This document shows, in pieces, positions 13,885 to 26,899 of a DNA stretch of 64,000 nt. Origin of the DNA: Camelus ferus (lineage: Eukaryota); the NCBI RefSeq assembly GCF_009834535.1, contig NC_045707.1, positions 54,376,001 through 54,440,000 of the forward strand, in the 5' to 3' direction. A program made the position numbers and the translations under genes. Every line of letters starts with the position of its first letter. Position 1 is the stretch's first letter. The notes under the pieces are model-generated. The model saw only the letters and a program-made list of their open reading frames with translations, did no database searches and was not told the origin of the DNA.

Positions 13885-13978
13885 CGCCAGTTTATTTCTT
13901 GAAGAAGTGGGTTTCCAGTGAGAGACAGTTCCTGGAGAGAAAAACATGCCTCAAACCACGTTATGGCACTTGTAAGAT
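13885..13978 (-). CDS. LRRIQ1: LRRIQ1 coding exon (about exon 15), 94 nt, (D)LTSAITWFEACFSLQELSLTGNPLLQEINW
   Basis: tcccatag|AT...TGG CG|gtaaag; phase 1 to 2; LxLxGNP start of an LRR cap. Confidence 0.95.
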
Positions 13979-14139
13979 CTATGGGAAATAAATAATAAAA
14001 ATTATTATGAATGGTATTACAGGTAAAGAAAAATAATCATAAACCAATGATCATTTTGTTTGTTGGTTAGCTTATTAAAGAAAAGCAATGAAACATTTAT
14101 CCTATAGAAGTATCATGAAATGCCTTTAAAAGGAGGCCA

Positions 14140-14300
14140 TATTAAGGACACAGACTCTGCTGTCAAAATACATATTTCTACCACTTAGCAGCTGTGTGAA
14201 TTTATGCAAATCACACAACTGCTTGATGATTCAGGTTCAAATCTATCTCTTAGGGTGAGGATTAAATGAGATAATGTGTGTAAAACAGTTTGTGCCAGAT
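14140..14300 (+). mobile_element. MIR SINE fragment
   Basis: acagactctg...ctaccacttagcagctgtgtga...gtgaggattaaatgagataatgtgtgtaaa. Confidence 0.7.
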
Positions 14301-14419
14301 TGTAAACATAAAATCTATAAAAGTAAAATCAAAAGTAATTAAGACAGTGGTAAAACTGAACATAAACCTAAATAAATTATATTTTTACTTTCAAAAGTAA
14401 AAATAGTAGGTCAATCTAG

Positions 14420-16330
14420 GGTACATTACAGAGTAATTTATTCTGGAACTGCTCTCCCACAGAAAATGATCATAAAACTGGACAATATATATGAAGCACC
14501 TGTTTTTGAGCCGGACTCTGAGAGAAGGGAAACACACATGGTGAGCCGACAATCACAATGGCTTTCTGCCTAAAAGCATTTTACCACTTTAGAGTAAGAA
14601 AGTGGAGACCAAGCAAAGAGGCTGTTTTGTTGAGTGAAGAGCCAAAGTTTAGACCTGAAACTGGAATTCATGGTGAAAAGTACTGAGAAGAAGCTGCGTG
14701 TGTATGTATCGTGGGGATGGAGCTGGGGAAGAAGTCTATGTGAGTTTGTACCGCAGGTCCTTCGACAACTGCTAGGTGTTACACAGGCAGGGCAATACTC
14801 TGAAAAACCTAGCAGAGATAACCTGCTGTAGGGCTAAGAGCTGAATGATGACAGCAGAGTTCATGCATCAGTGAAAGACACTAGGGTTTTAGCCCTAGGA
14901 GTAAAGACAATGCCCTGGGGTAGGGGCATGCACTAAGAGTTGAAAAACAAAATGACTTGTCCTTGGAGAGAATTAAATTAAGGCTGACAGAAATGAAATT
15001 ATCCATCAATTCTTTTTTAACTGTCTGTCAGAATTACACTTAACACCGTTTAAAAGGAAGACAACAGTCAGACTCAGTAAACCATTTTATGTACAATGCT
15101 CAACATACAGTTTAAAATTATTGGACATAAAAAGAAATAGGAAAATATGACTCATTAAGAGAAAAGCAGTTAATAGGAACACATCCCAAAGTAGGCCAAA
15201 TGTAAATCAATTTTGGACAAAGACACCACAAAGTCATTCCATGATGAAAAAAGTTTCTTCAACAAATGTTGCGGGAACAACTAAATAACCATATTAAAAA
15301 CTGAACTCATCCCCTACTTTATACTTCTCATAAAAACTAATTTGAGGTGAATCATAGACCTAAAGGTAAAAACTAAAAGTATAAGATTTCCATAAGAAAG
15401 CAAGAAAGTATAGAAAATCACCTTCTCAATCAGAAGGTTAAAAAATATTACGAAGGACACAAAGAGCAAAAACCATTAAAAAAAATAAGTTTCACCAAAA
15501 TTTAAAGCTTCTGCTCATCTAAAGATATTATTAATAAAATAAATAGATGAAAGAGGGTTGGGAGAAAACTTTTACAAAACATGTATCTGACAAAGAATTT
15601 CATCCAGAATATATAAAAAATTTATACAAATCAATAAGAGGCAAATGACCAAATTTATAAATGATCAGACACCTGAAAAGACACAAAAGAATAAACAGAA
15701 ATCATCTATGCATGCAAAGAGGTTCAATAGCACTTTTCATCAGAAAAATGCAAACTAAAGCCATAATGAGATAACACAACGAAATACTACACACCTACAG
15801 AATGGAACTCTCATATATCACTGGTGGGGAAGTAAAACATTACAACTACTTTGGCAAACAGTTTTTTCAGTTTCTTATAAAGTTAAACATACACCTACTC
15901 TATTATCCAGCAATTACATTCTTACACATTTATTCAAAAGAACTGAAAACGTATATTTACAAAACTACTTACAGAAGAATTTCCCTAGGAACTTTATAAT
16001 CATAGTAGCCCCAAACTGCAAACAATTAAAATATTGATCAACAGGAGAATAGCCAAATTGTGACATATACATACAATGGACTATGCTTCAGAAAAAAAAA
16101 AAAAAAAAAAAGAACAGACTGCTGATACAAACAACTGAGCAACTGATATAGTGAAATGTCACATGAATGCCAAGCAAAGAAATCTCAATTAAAAAAAAAC
16201 ATATAGTTTGATCTCATTAATATCAAGATGTAGAACAGTTAAATTTAACCTACAATGAAATTTAGAACTGCGATTGTCTCTATGAGGGGACTCACTTAAA
16301 AAGGGGATGTGGAAATTTGGGGGGAGGGCT
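14420..16330 (+). mobile_element. Old LINE-1 (L1M 5' fragment followed by ORF2/3' fragments)
   Basis: ttcaacaaatgttgcgggaacaact; aaacatgtatctgacaaaga; aactactttggcaaacagtt; tacatacaatggacta. Confidence 0.8.
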
Positions 16331-16589
16331 ATTTACCCAAATCAGTTCATCATTCTTTAATTTAATAAATTTTTAATGGATATCTACTCTATACCTTTTA
16401 GAGGTCAATAAGTTAGACACGTTTGTTTACTTATCTTCTTTAGGATAGTCATTCATAGGTAAAAGCTACATAAATTTTAAATAAAAATAGAATTGTGACA
16501 TTTTCCCAGGTTTACTAGAAAGAAGTAATATGATTTTAAAAGTAGAAAGAAATTTTTAATTGGATTATTTCACCATGCATTAGGAAGAG

Positions 16590-17102
16590 TTTAGGACACA
16601 TGGCACCCCCATATGCCATCCTGGCATATTGACTATTTGGAGTTGAAGGCACTTAAAGAGGAGCAAATTAAAAAACACGATGACTTTCCTTCTTTTTCCT
16701 AAAAGCGGATTAAGTTCTCATGTGAAAGATGTTTGCACTATTCCAGAAGCAAAGAGACATTCTTATCACAAGGCCGGGAAATCTAGGCCAAGAGAAGTGT
16801 AAACAAACAAACTTCTTAAACTAGCCTTTCTTTCCTAGTCACTCTCCCATCCAGTTAACTACATTAGCCCAAGGCCCTCTGCCTCATCATGTGCCTTTTC
16901 ACAATTGACTACTCTTTGTTCAACTTGTTCAACTCCAACTGCTTCTTAGGGTCTTTATTCTTCTTATGAGAACTCTCATATACATGTAAAAAAAAAAAAA
17001 AAGCAATTAAAACTGGTATTTTCCTTTGTTTATTTAACTTATGTCAGTTTAATTCTTAGGCCTAGACTGAGAAAGTAGAGAGAATTTTTTTCTCCTCTAT
17101 AC
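16590..17102 (+). mobile_element. Solo ERV1 LTR (MER34-like)
   Basis: Starts ggcacccccatatgccatcctggcatattgactatttggagttgaaggca and ends tatgtcagttttaattcttaggcc...ttttctcctctata. Confidence 0.7.
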
Positions 17103-17231
17103 CTTATTGTATAAATATATTATTTGTAAATGCCATTAACGCATCTACCCAAAACAACTCCTTACCATATTTGGAACAGAAACTCAAAAGTCTATTACTC
17201 AAAAAACAATTACATATTATTATAAACTTAC

Positions 17232-17305
17232 CAGAAAGACAGTTGTTGCTGACATCTAGTTTTCCCAAAGAAACAAAATGAAAAAGTGGTACAATTTTTG
17301 TCAAG
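17232..17305 (-). CDS. LRRIQ1: LRRIQ1 coding exon (about exon 14), 74 nt, (S)LTKIVPLFHFVSLGKLDVSNNCLS
   Basis: gttttcag|C...TCT G|gtaagt; phase 2 to 1. Confidence 0.95.
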
Positions 17306-20300
17306 CTGAAAACAAAAACAGAGTTTACAAAAACTTTTAATGGAATGTTCTTAAGATTATTGATGTAACTATATAGTAATACATTTATAGAATATAATTA
17401 TATAATGTTACAATTTATAAATTTGGCAGAATATACAATTACATACAATTGCAATTGTACAAAAAATACAATTGTAACATTTACTAATAGTACTTATTAA
17501 AATACAGTAATTATACAATTCTAAGTATTTATTTTATAATGGAAGATTTATATTCATTTCTAAAGAGAAATTATCACAGAATCCCCAATTTCAATCATAA
17601 ATATCATGAAGCTTAATGTGTACTTGATATTTAAATAAAAATAAGTGGGGTTTTTTTGCTGTTACTGTTTTGTCTTTGTATGTGGCCAAATTTACAAAGA
17701 ACTCATATTTTCTATGTGTTTTTTTCTGGCTCAAAAACATAACAAACCATTAAGAGGTAAAGACACAAAAAATACTTTTTGACAATATAACTTATTAGAG
17801 TCATTAGTTTTGTTTTTTAATTTAAAAAAGGTTTTATTTACTAGATTGGAAGTATTATAAGTACTGTAAGTGTCTGAAGTTACACTGGGTTATTTTTAAA
17901 TTGGAAATATGCATTTAAAGAACAATAATAGAAAATGTTTTATATTGGTAGAATAGACTTAAATTTCGCAGAGACCTAAATGTAAGATAGAATAGGCAAA
18001 TTTTAACATTTAAAGCTAATACTCATTATTAATGCAAGCATATTTAAATTCTAACACTATTGACCTTTTCTCCTACATTTAAAAGTATCTATCATTTTGT
18101 AAAATATAATTGTCATTAAGAACCAAATATGTTCAAATAAGGAACATATGTGATACTAAAATAATTCACAATATTAGAAATAAAATCTATGAAGGGAAAA
18201 TTAACTTTATTTTAATCTGCATTTCCAACTAAGACATGTTTAAACTTAGTTTATAACATAATATCATATTACCCTAGCTATTTGGAAATAAAAATTAAGC
18301 TAGCTCATCTATATCTTTAAACAAGACAACATTTCTTTGTATAAAATATATTCTTATCACAAATACAAATCTTCTGGATGAATCAACCCTATAAATCACT
18401 CCTATAAAGGTTGAAGATCCAAATATGTTCAAAATATGCTTCCACTAAAGGAGTATTCATGGTACAAAAAATATGCATTAACTTTCACCTCTTTTACTTT
18501 CTTGATCTTTATACTGTTCCTCCAATTGTCCTGACAGAGATTTTTATATCTTTATTTCTACCAACTCCTTGCCATGGTTAAAAAAAAAAAAATACTATTA
18601 TTCTAAGATCAGAAACTCCCAGATTAATACTGTGACTGGAAGCCTCATGGCACAAAACTAACCCTTGTACTGACCTTGACTCCTCTTGTATTATCATGTT
18701 CTGCATCAGAAGAGAGACAGAAGATGCTACTGATGATAAAACAGACTAAACAACGAGTTTGGGAGATCTCTCTGAATGAAACCAATCCTAAGTACTATTT
18801 ATAATAGACCTATACAACACTACTTTCTGAAAACAATTTCCAGGAGAAAAAAAATCCAAGGTACTAAAGAAAAAAGTGATAAAATATTGGCTACTACATT
18901 TATATATACATTTCATTATTATATACATACTCCTTAAGAGTAAAATTTATAGAAGTGTCACATGTACACTGAAAAAGAGAAAAACTTAAAACTTTGTCAA
19001 TACATAATTAGTGGATCTGAGTACTAATTTTACATTCTATACCATTATTACAAGAAATTTGAGTTCTTCAAGTGAAAAAAATAATTCTAATAAATGTTTT
19101 TATTATCAAGAAAATTCTTATTTCTTTTATACCTTTAATATTTTTCTAATACTAAATCTTTGCACTTCTACCAAAAGGATTTTAAAAGTTAATGGATAAT
19201 GAGTTTTTCTGTTTTTTTCAGACTATCTCATGTTTTTAACCACTAAGTTATATGGCAATATTTGGTAACATTTAGGTAATATAAAGACATTAAGTTAAAA
19301 AAAATAAGCTTTTAGAATTAAAAATAAAAACTCCCTTTGCAAAAATCAAAATAAGAAATATTTGGTTTGACTAAATATTTTTTACAACATTGAAATTTTA
19401 CCTTTTCAGATTACCATACTTTTAGAATTACACTCTTTTTTCTTTTTTGGAAATTTTAATCAAGAAAACTGGCTATTCATTCGCCTTTATGACTATTCAT
19501 TAGGATGGTAGAAACCTAATAGTAGAATTGGTTTTCTTAAACCTCTAGAACTTTTCCTTTTTACTGACATTCTGTGTATATTTTTTCCAAGAAAATTCAA
19601 ACCAGAAAGACAAAAGACATTAGCGAAAACCTAATACCATTTGACCTGGTCACATTAGCCCTGGGCATAAAAAAGATATAAATTTCAAAGACGACAGAAA
19701 GCAAAAGATTTGTACAATGAGCAGCCAGTGGCTAACAGTTTCCACTTTCTGCTCCTACTTAGAGTCTCACTGGAAGTAGAAAGGCTTATGAAGCTGGGGA
19801 GTCTTCCAGTTAGAACTCCGCTGAGAAAAACTTAAAACAGTCACATGTCCTAATGAAAATTTAAAACAGAAGTCAGGATGAAACAAGTATTTCAAACAAT
19901 ATGTACCAAGTATCACTCTTTATATGTATTTCATTTCTTGGGAAAAAAGCATATGGACACATAATTTCTTCCTTGTTATGAAAATATCAAAAATTAAGAG
20001 AAAAATATATATAATTTAAAAGACATACCAACAATAAATCCAAATATCACATTTCTAAAATTCTTCTCCGTTTTGCAAAATACGTTGCTATTCATTTTCC
20101 TTTTAGATAATCATTAAAATCCCATAAAATAGGTAAGGTAGGTATTACTGCCCTTTTCACGTGTGAAAAAAATGAGGATCAGGTAATGAGAAAAGAGTTG
20201 CTTAATGTCAACTGACAGATCAGGTGTAGATTGAGAATTTAAACCCAGATCTGTTGACCCTGAATTTTACAGACCTAATATAGTTCTAAAAAAGTCAAAG

Positions 20301-22202
20301 CACATGTAAAAGCTTGATGTAAAATAAGCAATGTCTACAATTAATGGTATTAGCTTATTGTAAAAAGTCCCAAGGTTGAAGATTATTTTTCACTATTATT
20401 TTAGGAAATAATTTTTCTCCTCTATACGTCCATTTCTAGTAATCACGTTTTCCTGGTCTCTTTAGGTCTTATCCTTTCATCTTCTCAGAAGTGGCAGGAG
20501 GTTCCTTGTGCAAAGAACTTTGAGAGACCCACAAAAATACATTCAAATATGTGACAATATTATTAAAAAATTCAACATACCACATATTACACAATAATTT
20601 TACTACTGTCTTATATAGATAAGTTCAATAGATTACTTGACTTATTCCTAAGAGTTTTTTGGTGGTAAGGACATATATTACTCAGTTTTGTATCCCCCAT
20701 AACAGCAAACACCACATCAATATTCAAATGTTATAAGGCTGAGCAAACAAAATTATTAAGAATTGTTTTGTCTAAGTATTCCAATTATTGTTATCAACTC
20801 TAAAAAATTTTAATACTGTGGTTTATAAAACTCCTAGTGATGTCAGATTGATATAAGTCACATCAGATTGATAAGGCAAAAGTCTAGCAGCTAGTATGAA
20901 TTTTAATTTTTAAAATCAGACTATTTCTTTGATGATTTAAATTGTCCAAAGAAATAAAAGGCATTATTTCTCAAACAGTGTTCTTGATTTAAATATTTTC
21001 TAAATTCTTTAAATATTATTATATTCATCAGTGTGGCTTAAGATCTATTTTTATAAAATATGCTAGATATGTCAATTACTGAGTAATTTATAAGCAATGT
21101 CCAAAGCATTGCTGAGTATTTCTATTGAAATCGTATTCCTTACCTGAAAAATATTGTGAAAAGATCCAATAAGTTTGTGATGGTTCACATTACTAAAACA
21201 GTATTATCTGACAATGCTGGTTTTGGAATAAATATCAACTTTCATATTTTAGATGTGATTAAAACAATTTGAGGGAATTTTAAAATACCAATTCAGTTTT
21301 TGATCTGTTAAATAGTGGAATAGTTTAATGGTGGAAGTTAAGTCTTCTGGGACGTGCATGCTTAAAGGATGAGCACCATTATGTCAGAGATTGAGAGAAA
21401 AATTTACATTTTATGGGGGGGTAATTGACAAACATATTAAAAGTGAGCTGTCCTCGTTCACTTGTTTTGCAAGAATTGTATAACTCAAAGAAGCAACTTC
21501 TTATTAAAGATGGTTCCTTTCCACTAGTCCATGTGCCTTTGGTGAACAAATTAATCATATTAGAGTGAAGAGGTCTCAATGATACATTACGAGGAGGGAG
21601 ATATACACATATTGTGCTCCTGTTTCAGTTTTAGACAGTTATTCTCTGCAAAGATCCAGATGTCTGGTAGTTTCAAATGGATCTTTTGTGGCAGGTACCC
21701 ATCTCGATTTAATGTTAATGTATTTTTTTTAAGTGTTACTTTATATCCTGAGGGAAATCAAGTGTAAATCAATCTTAGCAGTTACAAAAAGACATGTAAG
21801 TTGAGAGCAGCTTAAAAATCGTTCTTCCAGGACTTAATAAGTACCATTTGAGAGAATGAGGCATCCTTCTGAATTAAATTAACTACCTCCTGTATTTTCC
21901 AAGGACTGTACCTTTACAAATATAAACAAACCTGCCCTGAGAGATTACCATAGTACATTTTTTAGAAGAAACAAAATAAGTAGGATAAATAACAAAATTC
22001 TACTGAAATTTGAGGGTATGTCAATACACTAATCATTTAACACTATAAAATTATATTTATAATTTACGTACTAATTTATTGTGATGTAAGTTCACTGAAT
22101 TACTGGAAAAAACCTAACAGCTTTCCTACTAGTTATGAAGATCACACATTTACGTTAATCATTCACTGCATTTAAGCTTGATTAAGCAAAGTGCATTTTC
22201 AC

Positions 22203-22330
22203 CTGTTTTGAGAAATGGTCAGGAATTGTAGTAAAGGCAGCCAATATGAAGAAAATGCTTCCACAGTTGAAATGCTGTTATCATCCAAGTGCAATTCTCT
22301 TAGTAGAACATGATTCTCCAAGGATGGAAG
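22203..22330 (-). CDS. LRRIQ1: LRRIQ1 coding exon (about exon 13), 128 nt, LPSLENHVLLRELHLDDNSISTVEAFSSYWLPLLQFLTISQN
   Basis: aatatag|CTT...AAC AG|gtgaaa; phase 0 to 2. Confidence 0.95.
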
Positions 22331-22833
22331 CTATATTTAAATTTGGGTTATTAGCTTATATTAAGTAAAATATTTTTGTCATTTAACCACATTTAAAAAT
22401 ATAAAACTTACCAAAACTAACAACAGATGTATTCTGGTAAACTGCATATTATAATCAAAGTATAATATTATGAGCATTTTAGTATGAGTAAAATTTCTAA
22501 TAATTAACTTCATAATTAGAACTTTTTAAAAAAAATAAAAAGGACTTCATAACAAATTTTATATAAGTTTGGTCCCACTTATACATTGAGTCATAACTAA
22601 AGAGATGATTTATTACATTTCAGTATTATAAAACACTATTAGATTTATCTATAAGATTATAACTATGTTGAACATTTTTAAAATAAAGTATATAATAGTT
22701 TAAGCTAGAAATTGAATACAGATGATAAGTAAAAAAGAACAAAATTTAACACAATTGCTTTTAAAATGTGTGGTTGGTATTTATCAAAAGAAAACTGTTG
22801 TGCTAGTCACAGAAATCAATTCAAAGCATTTAC

Positions 22834-23027
22834 CTCACTTAGATAATTTCCCTGTAACTTCAGTATTTGGAGCAATCCACAGTTTTCAATGCCCTCAACT
22901 TCAGTAAGATGATTATGTGAGCAATCCAGGTATGTAATGGTAGGCGTATCACAAAGACCTTTTGTACTAATTAACTGATTGTGGTCCACAATTAGTTGCT
23001 GAAGATTTTTCAAAGATTCTAAACCAC
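22834..23027 (-). CDS. LRRIQ1: LRRIQ1 coding exon (about exon 12), 194 nt, GGLESLKNLQQLIVDHNQL...LKLQGNYLSE (LRR)
   Basis: ttcttccag|GT...GAG|gtaaat; phase 1 to 0; lies inside ORF 22816..23079. Confidence 0.96.
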
Positions 23028-23289
23028 CTGGAAGAAAAAATTTTCCAAGATCACTTGTATCACACATTCTTCCAGACACTAGAGTTTCAATTTTTTCTAA
23101 ATAAGTGCATCTTTCTATTTATCAATATCAAGTGAGGATTTAGACCAGGTGAAAAATGTGTGTGTATAAAATGTATTATTATTTAAACTTGTACCTAAGA
23201 GATACATTTTTGAATGACTTAATTACGTATCACTTCAAAAGTGAAGTTCAACAACTCATGAGAGATTTTAATCTGGTGACATTACCATG

Positions 23290-23800
23290 ATTTCAAGCCT
23301 TAGATGTTGAGAAACATTTGAACATTTCTATTTCTAGGAATCTACTATATGGTAACACACACAACTATCAAGAAATACATACAGAGATTCCTTGCCATAT
23401 TAATTTTAGAAAAGTTAAGGAGAAAAGTTAAATGTCTATTAGTAAGGGAATAGTTAAGTAAGTTATCAAGTATCTATAAAACGAAAATGTATAATCTTCA
23501 ATATGAAGTAGTCTGATACAGAAGGATGCCCATGACATACTACTGTCTGTAAAACCTAAGTTGCAAACACAGGCTTTCAGCTAATGAGTGTAGCTGAATC
23601 TAAATCTGCACATCTACAATTGTATTGCATAGAATAAGGTCCGGGTTGATTCATAAGCATCTAGGAACAGTGGTTACCCCTGCAAAGTAAGAAAGAGAAA
23701 GGGTAAGCAGAGAGAGAAAGTTTCACTACTTACAATGCATTCATCTCTATTTTTTAAAAATTTAAATGAGAACATACTTCTTGTGTAATATTTTAAAACA
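23290..23800 (+). mobile_element. L1ME-like 3' fragment
   Basis: ttctatttctaggaatcta...aaatgtctattagtaagggaatagttaagtaagttat...aacagtggttacccct. Confidence 0.55.
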
Positions 23801-24202
23801 ATATATTTGTGGACAAAAGCAGAGAAAGTATTGAATAGAACTGTTATTCTGTATTTAATCCTGACCACCACCACCAAATGGTTGTTAAGCTGTAGAAAAA
23901 AACTTGAGAAAACCTGATGCTGTCACCCATCAAAAGGGTTTTGTTATGTAGTCAAAGTGGGGGACACTATACAGAGACAGGGAGGCATGCCTCAGATTTT
24001 AAAATGAAAGCTTTAAAGTTGTACCTAAGAGATATACTTTTGAATGACTTAATTATATAATCACTTCAAAATTGAAGTTCAGCAACCCATTAGAGATTCC
24101 AATCTGGTGATATTCAGTGAAATGCTAAAAAAGAGACTTGTCAGGATCTCTAAAACACTGGCCTAACTGTAACAGTGAGGGAGGAAGGGGAGGACACGCA
24201 TT

Positions 24203-24233
<31 letters not shown>

Positions 24234-24264
24234 TGGCCTAATGAGAAAAAGAAAAGGAAATCAT

Positions 24265-24526
24265 CTAAAAATATGTGAAACCGAGGTCTTCCAACAACCA
24301 TGAGAAAGTGAGACTGAACATAAATCTTTCAGCCTCATTGAGCCTTGAGATGATGGCAGTCCTGTTTGACAGCTTCACTGCAGGCTTGTGAGAGCCCTGA
24401 GCCTGAACCACCCGACTAAGCCAGTTCTAGACACCTGATCCACAGAAAACATGAGGTAATACATGTCTGTGGTTTAAACTGCTGAATGTGGAGGTACTTT
24501 TCTTCAAGCAATATATAACTAATACA
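24265..24526 (+). mobile_element. MaLR LTR 3' part (MLT1E/F-like)
   Basis: gagccttgagatgatggcag...ttgtgagagccctgagc...ccacagaaaacatgaggtaata...gcaatatataactaataca. Confidence 0.8.
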
Positions 24527-24539
24527 GTAAGAATTCTAT

Positions 24540-25720
24540 TCTTAAGAAAACACAAGAAAGAAGAAAATACGTTGAAAATGCTTTGAGCTATTGAAGAACA
24601 TTTAAAGAAACTTAACGTAACAAGAATTCAAAGTCACTAAAACAAAAGATGTGGGTAAAGAAGTGGACCAAAATAACACCATGGCAGAACTAATAATTTA
24701 GGAAAAAAAAACATTATACAGGACAGAGAACTAAAGACTGAATTGTTCAAAAAGAGAGAATCACATTGAGAGTAAAATGCAAAGCAGAAGATAAAAAGAC
24801 ATAGATTACACTAATTAAATAATAATAGAAATGACAAATAGACAAAGTCACAAAATATGGATCATCTATGATTAAAAAATGGAACCAGACCAAGAAAAGT
24901 TTTCAAATATATATATATAGAGGAAAACTTTCCAGGAATGAAGGAATAATAATCTATGAAAATTGAAAAGGACACTATATTCCAAGAAAAATTTATGTCG
25001 GTTTATTCACAATCAGATATCTTACTTAATTTATTGATCAAGGACAAAGAAAATGTTATTCAGGTATCTGGGGCAGAAATCAGTTATGAGGGAGAAAAAT
25101 CAACTTAGCCTCCAGGTTAACCACAGCAAAACACAGTATCAAAATGCAAAGGAGCGATGTTCATGAAGTAGCAAGTGAAAATGTGACCTAACAACAGAAT
25201 GCACAGCTGTATTTCAAGTATGAAGGCAACTGAGAGATATTCCTGAATGTGAAAGAATTCAGGGAATACAGCATCCATTAGCCCTTCTTTGAAAAATAAG
25301 ATTAAAAAGAGTTAATGAACTATGTAGTACAAGCAGGCAAAAGATGAAAGAAGCAGTCTGTCAAAAAAAAAAAAAAAAAAAAGACTGGTACTGACCCATT
25401 TTCAAACAGATCTAATTCTGCTATAGGATATATAGATAGAGTCATAAATCCTGATTTGATGTCATAAATCCTGATGTAAAAAACAAAAACGGTGAGGGGA
25501 AAAGAAGATTGGAAAAAGTGGAATTATCCTGATTTATTCTATTTTCCTAAAGAGCAGTTAATATTGTCTAAAATAGATTAATCAAAAGTATACCTTTTAT
25601 AAATTACTGAACAACAAATAAGATATTATGACTGACAAAATTGGAAGGAACAGATGGAATTGTAAGTGAGACAATTTTATTATTTTTAGCACAAGGAAGC
25701 CAATAGATAGTCTAAAATTT
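24540..25720 (+). mobile_element. Old L1/HAL1-like ORF1 fragment
   Basis: gaaaactttccaggaatgaag...attgaaaaggacac...ttcaagtatgaaggcaac...aaagaattcagggaata. Confidence 0.55.
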
Positions 25721-26899
25721 TGGAGTAAAAATATTTTCATATAATCTGCCACAATGTTTAACAATGCTTTCATGAGTCTTTAAATATGTCCCATCTTAGT
25801 AAGTTGTTTGTAGGAAAGTTGATTGAAAATGAATGTTTTAACCAGTAATTCACATGTACATGATTATTGATCACTATAAGATTCTTTTATAATACTTCAA
25901 CATATTTCAACAATTGCTTACTCTAGAAATCATTGTACTTCAATGTACTAAATCTTAGTTGATGTTCCATTTCAGTAGTGATAAAGTTTCGGCTGCATCA
26001 TCTCAAAAGCAGTACTAAAAAGTTAACTGCTACTTTACTATTAGGATGTAAAACATATGCCTACTGCACATCTCTTTATGTATACTCTAGTTATCATAGG
26101 TATTATTAAATGTTCTATGATGTTTAATTAAACTTTAACTACCTAAATCTTTAAACTTTACACTAAGTACATTTATCTACATAAGAAAAGTAGGTATTAT
26201 TGTCTGAATTGTTCCATTGTTCATTCAAGTGATTCCTTATTTAGATAATTTTTTCACAGAATATGCCTCCCTCATAAAGGAGGACATTTTGTTTATCATT
26301 TTACATTTGTTATTCCTCAGTTTTTAACTTCTACTCAGATGTTAGCTATGTTTATTACCGTTTTATTTTCTTAATAGTGGTATGTGACAGTTTTTTCTTA
26401 CTTCTTGAAATAGCAGGCATGAAGAATCTTCTATGTTAACATGTGTAAATCGTTTATATTTTCCACATTTTTACTACAAATATGAAAGTGTTTTTCCAAA
26501 AATAGCTTTACTTGTAACACAGAGCTCGATGAGACTTGTTCTACAAGTCCCAGCACTATGTTGTGTCCTCATGGGAACAGAAAAATGACATATATGATCT
26601 CTGCCCAAGTATCTCTTACCTGATAAATTCAACTAGACTTTTTAGAAAATTATGACATGTAAAAAACATTCACAACTTATTGTCAAGTGAACAAAGTAAA
26701 TTACAAAACAGTATGACTGTAGTGATTTTTAAAATGGATAGAAAACAATCTGGAAAGCTCACCAATACTGGTTATATCTGGATAGTGGGATTATTATGCA
26801 TTATTATTTTATCATGTTACATTATAACTTATAGACAATAGTCACATATTGATTTATAGATTAGATTAAAAGTTACTTAGGAAGAAACAAAAAATTTCA

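Noticed and set aside
18690..18810. Segment reminiscent of an hAT-Tip100 (MER97-like) fragment
   Set aside because: Family and boundaries could not be supported from the sequence alone.
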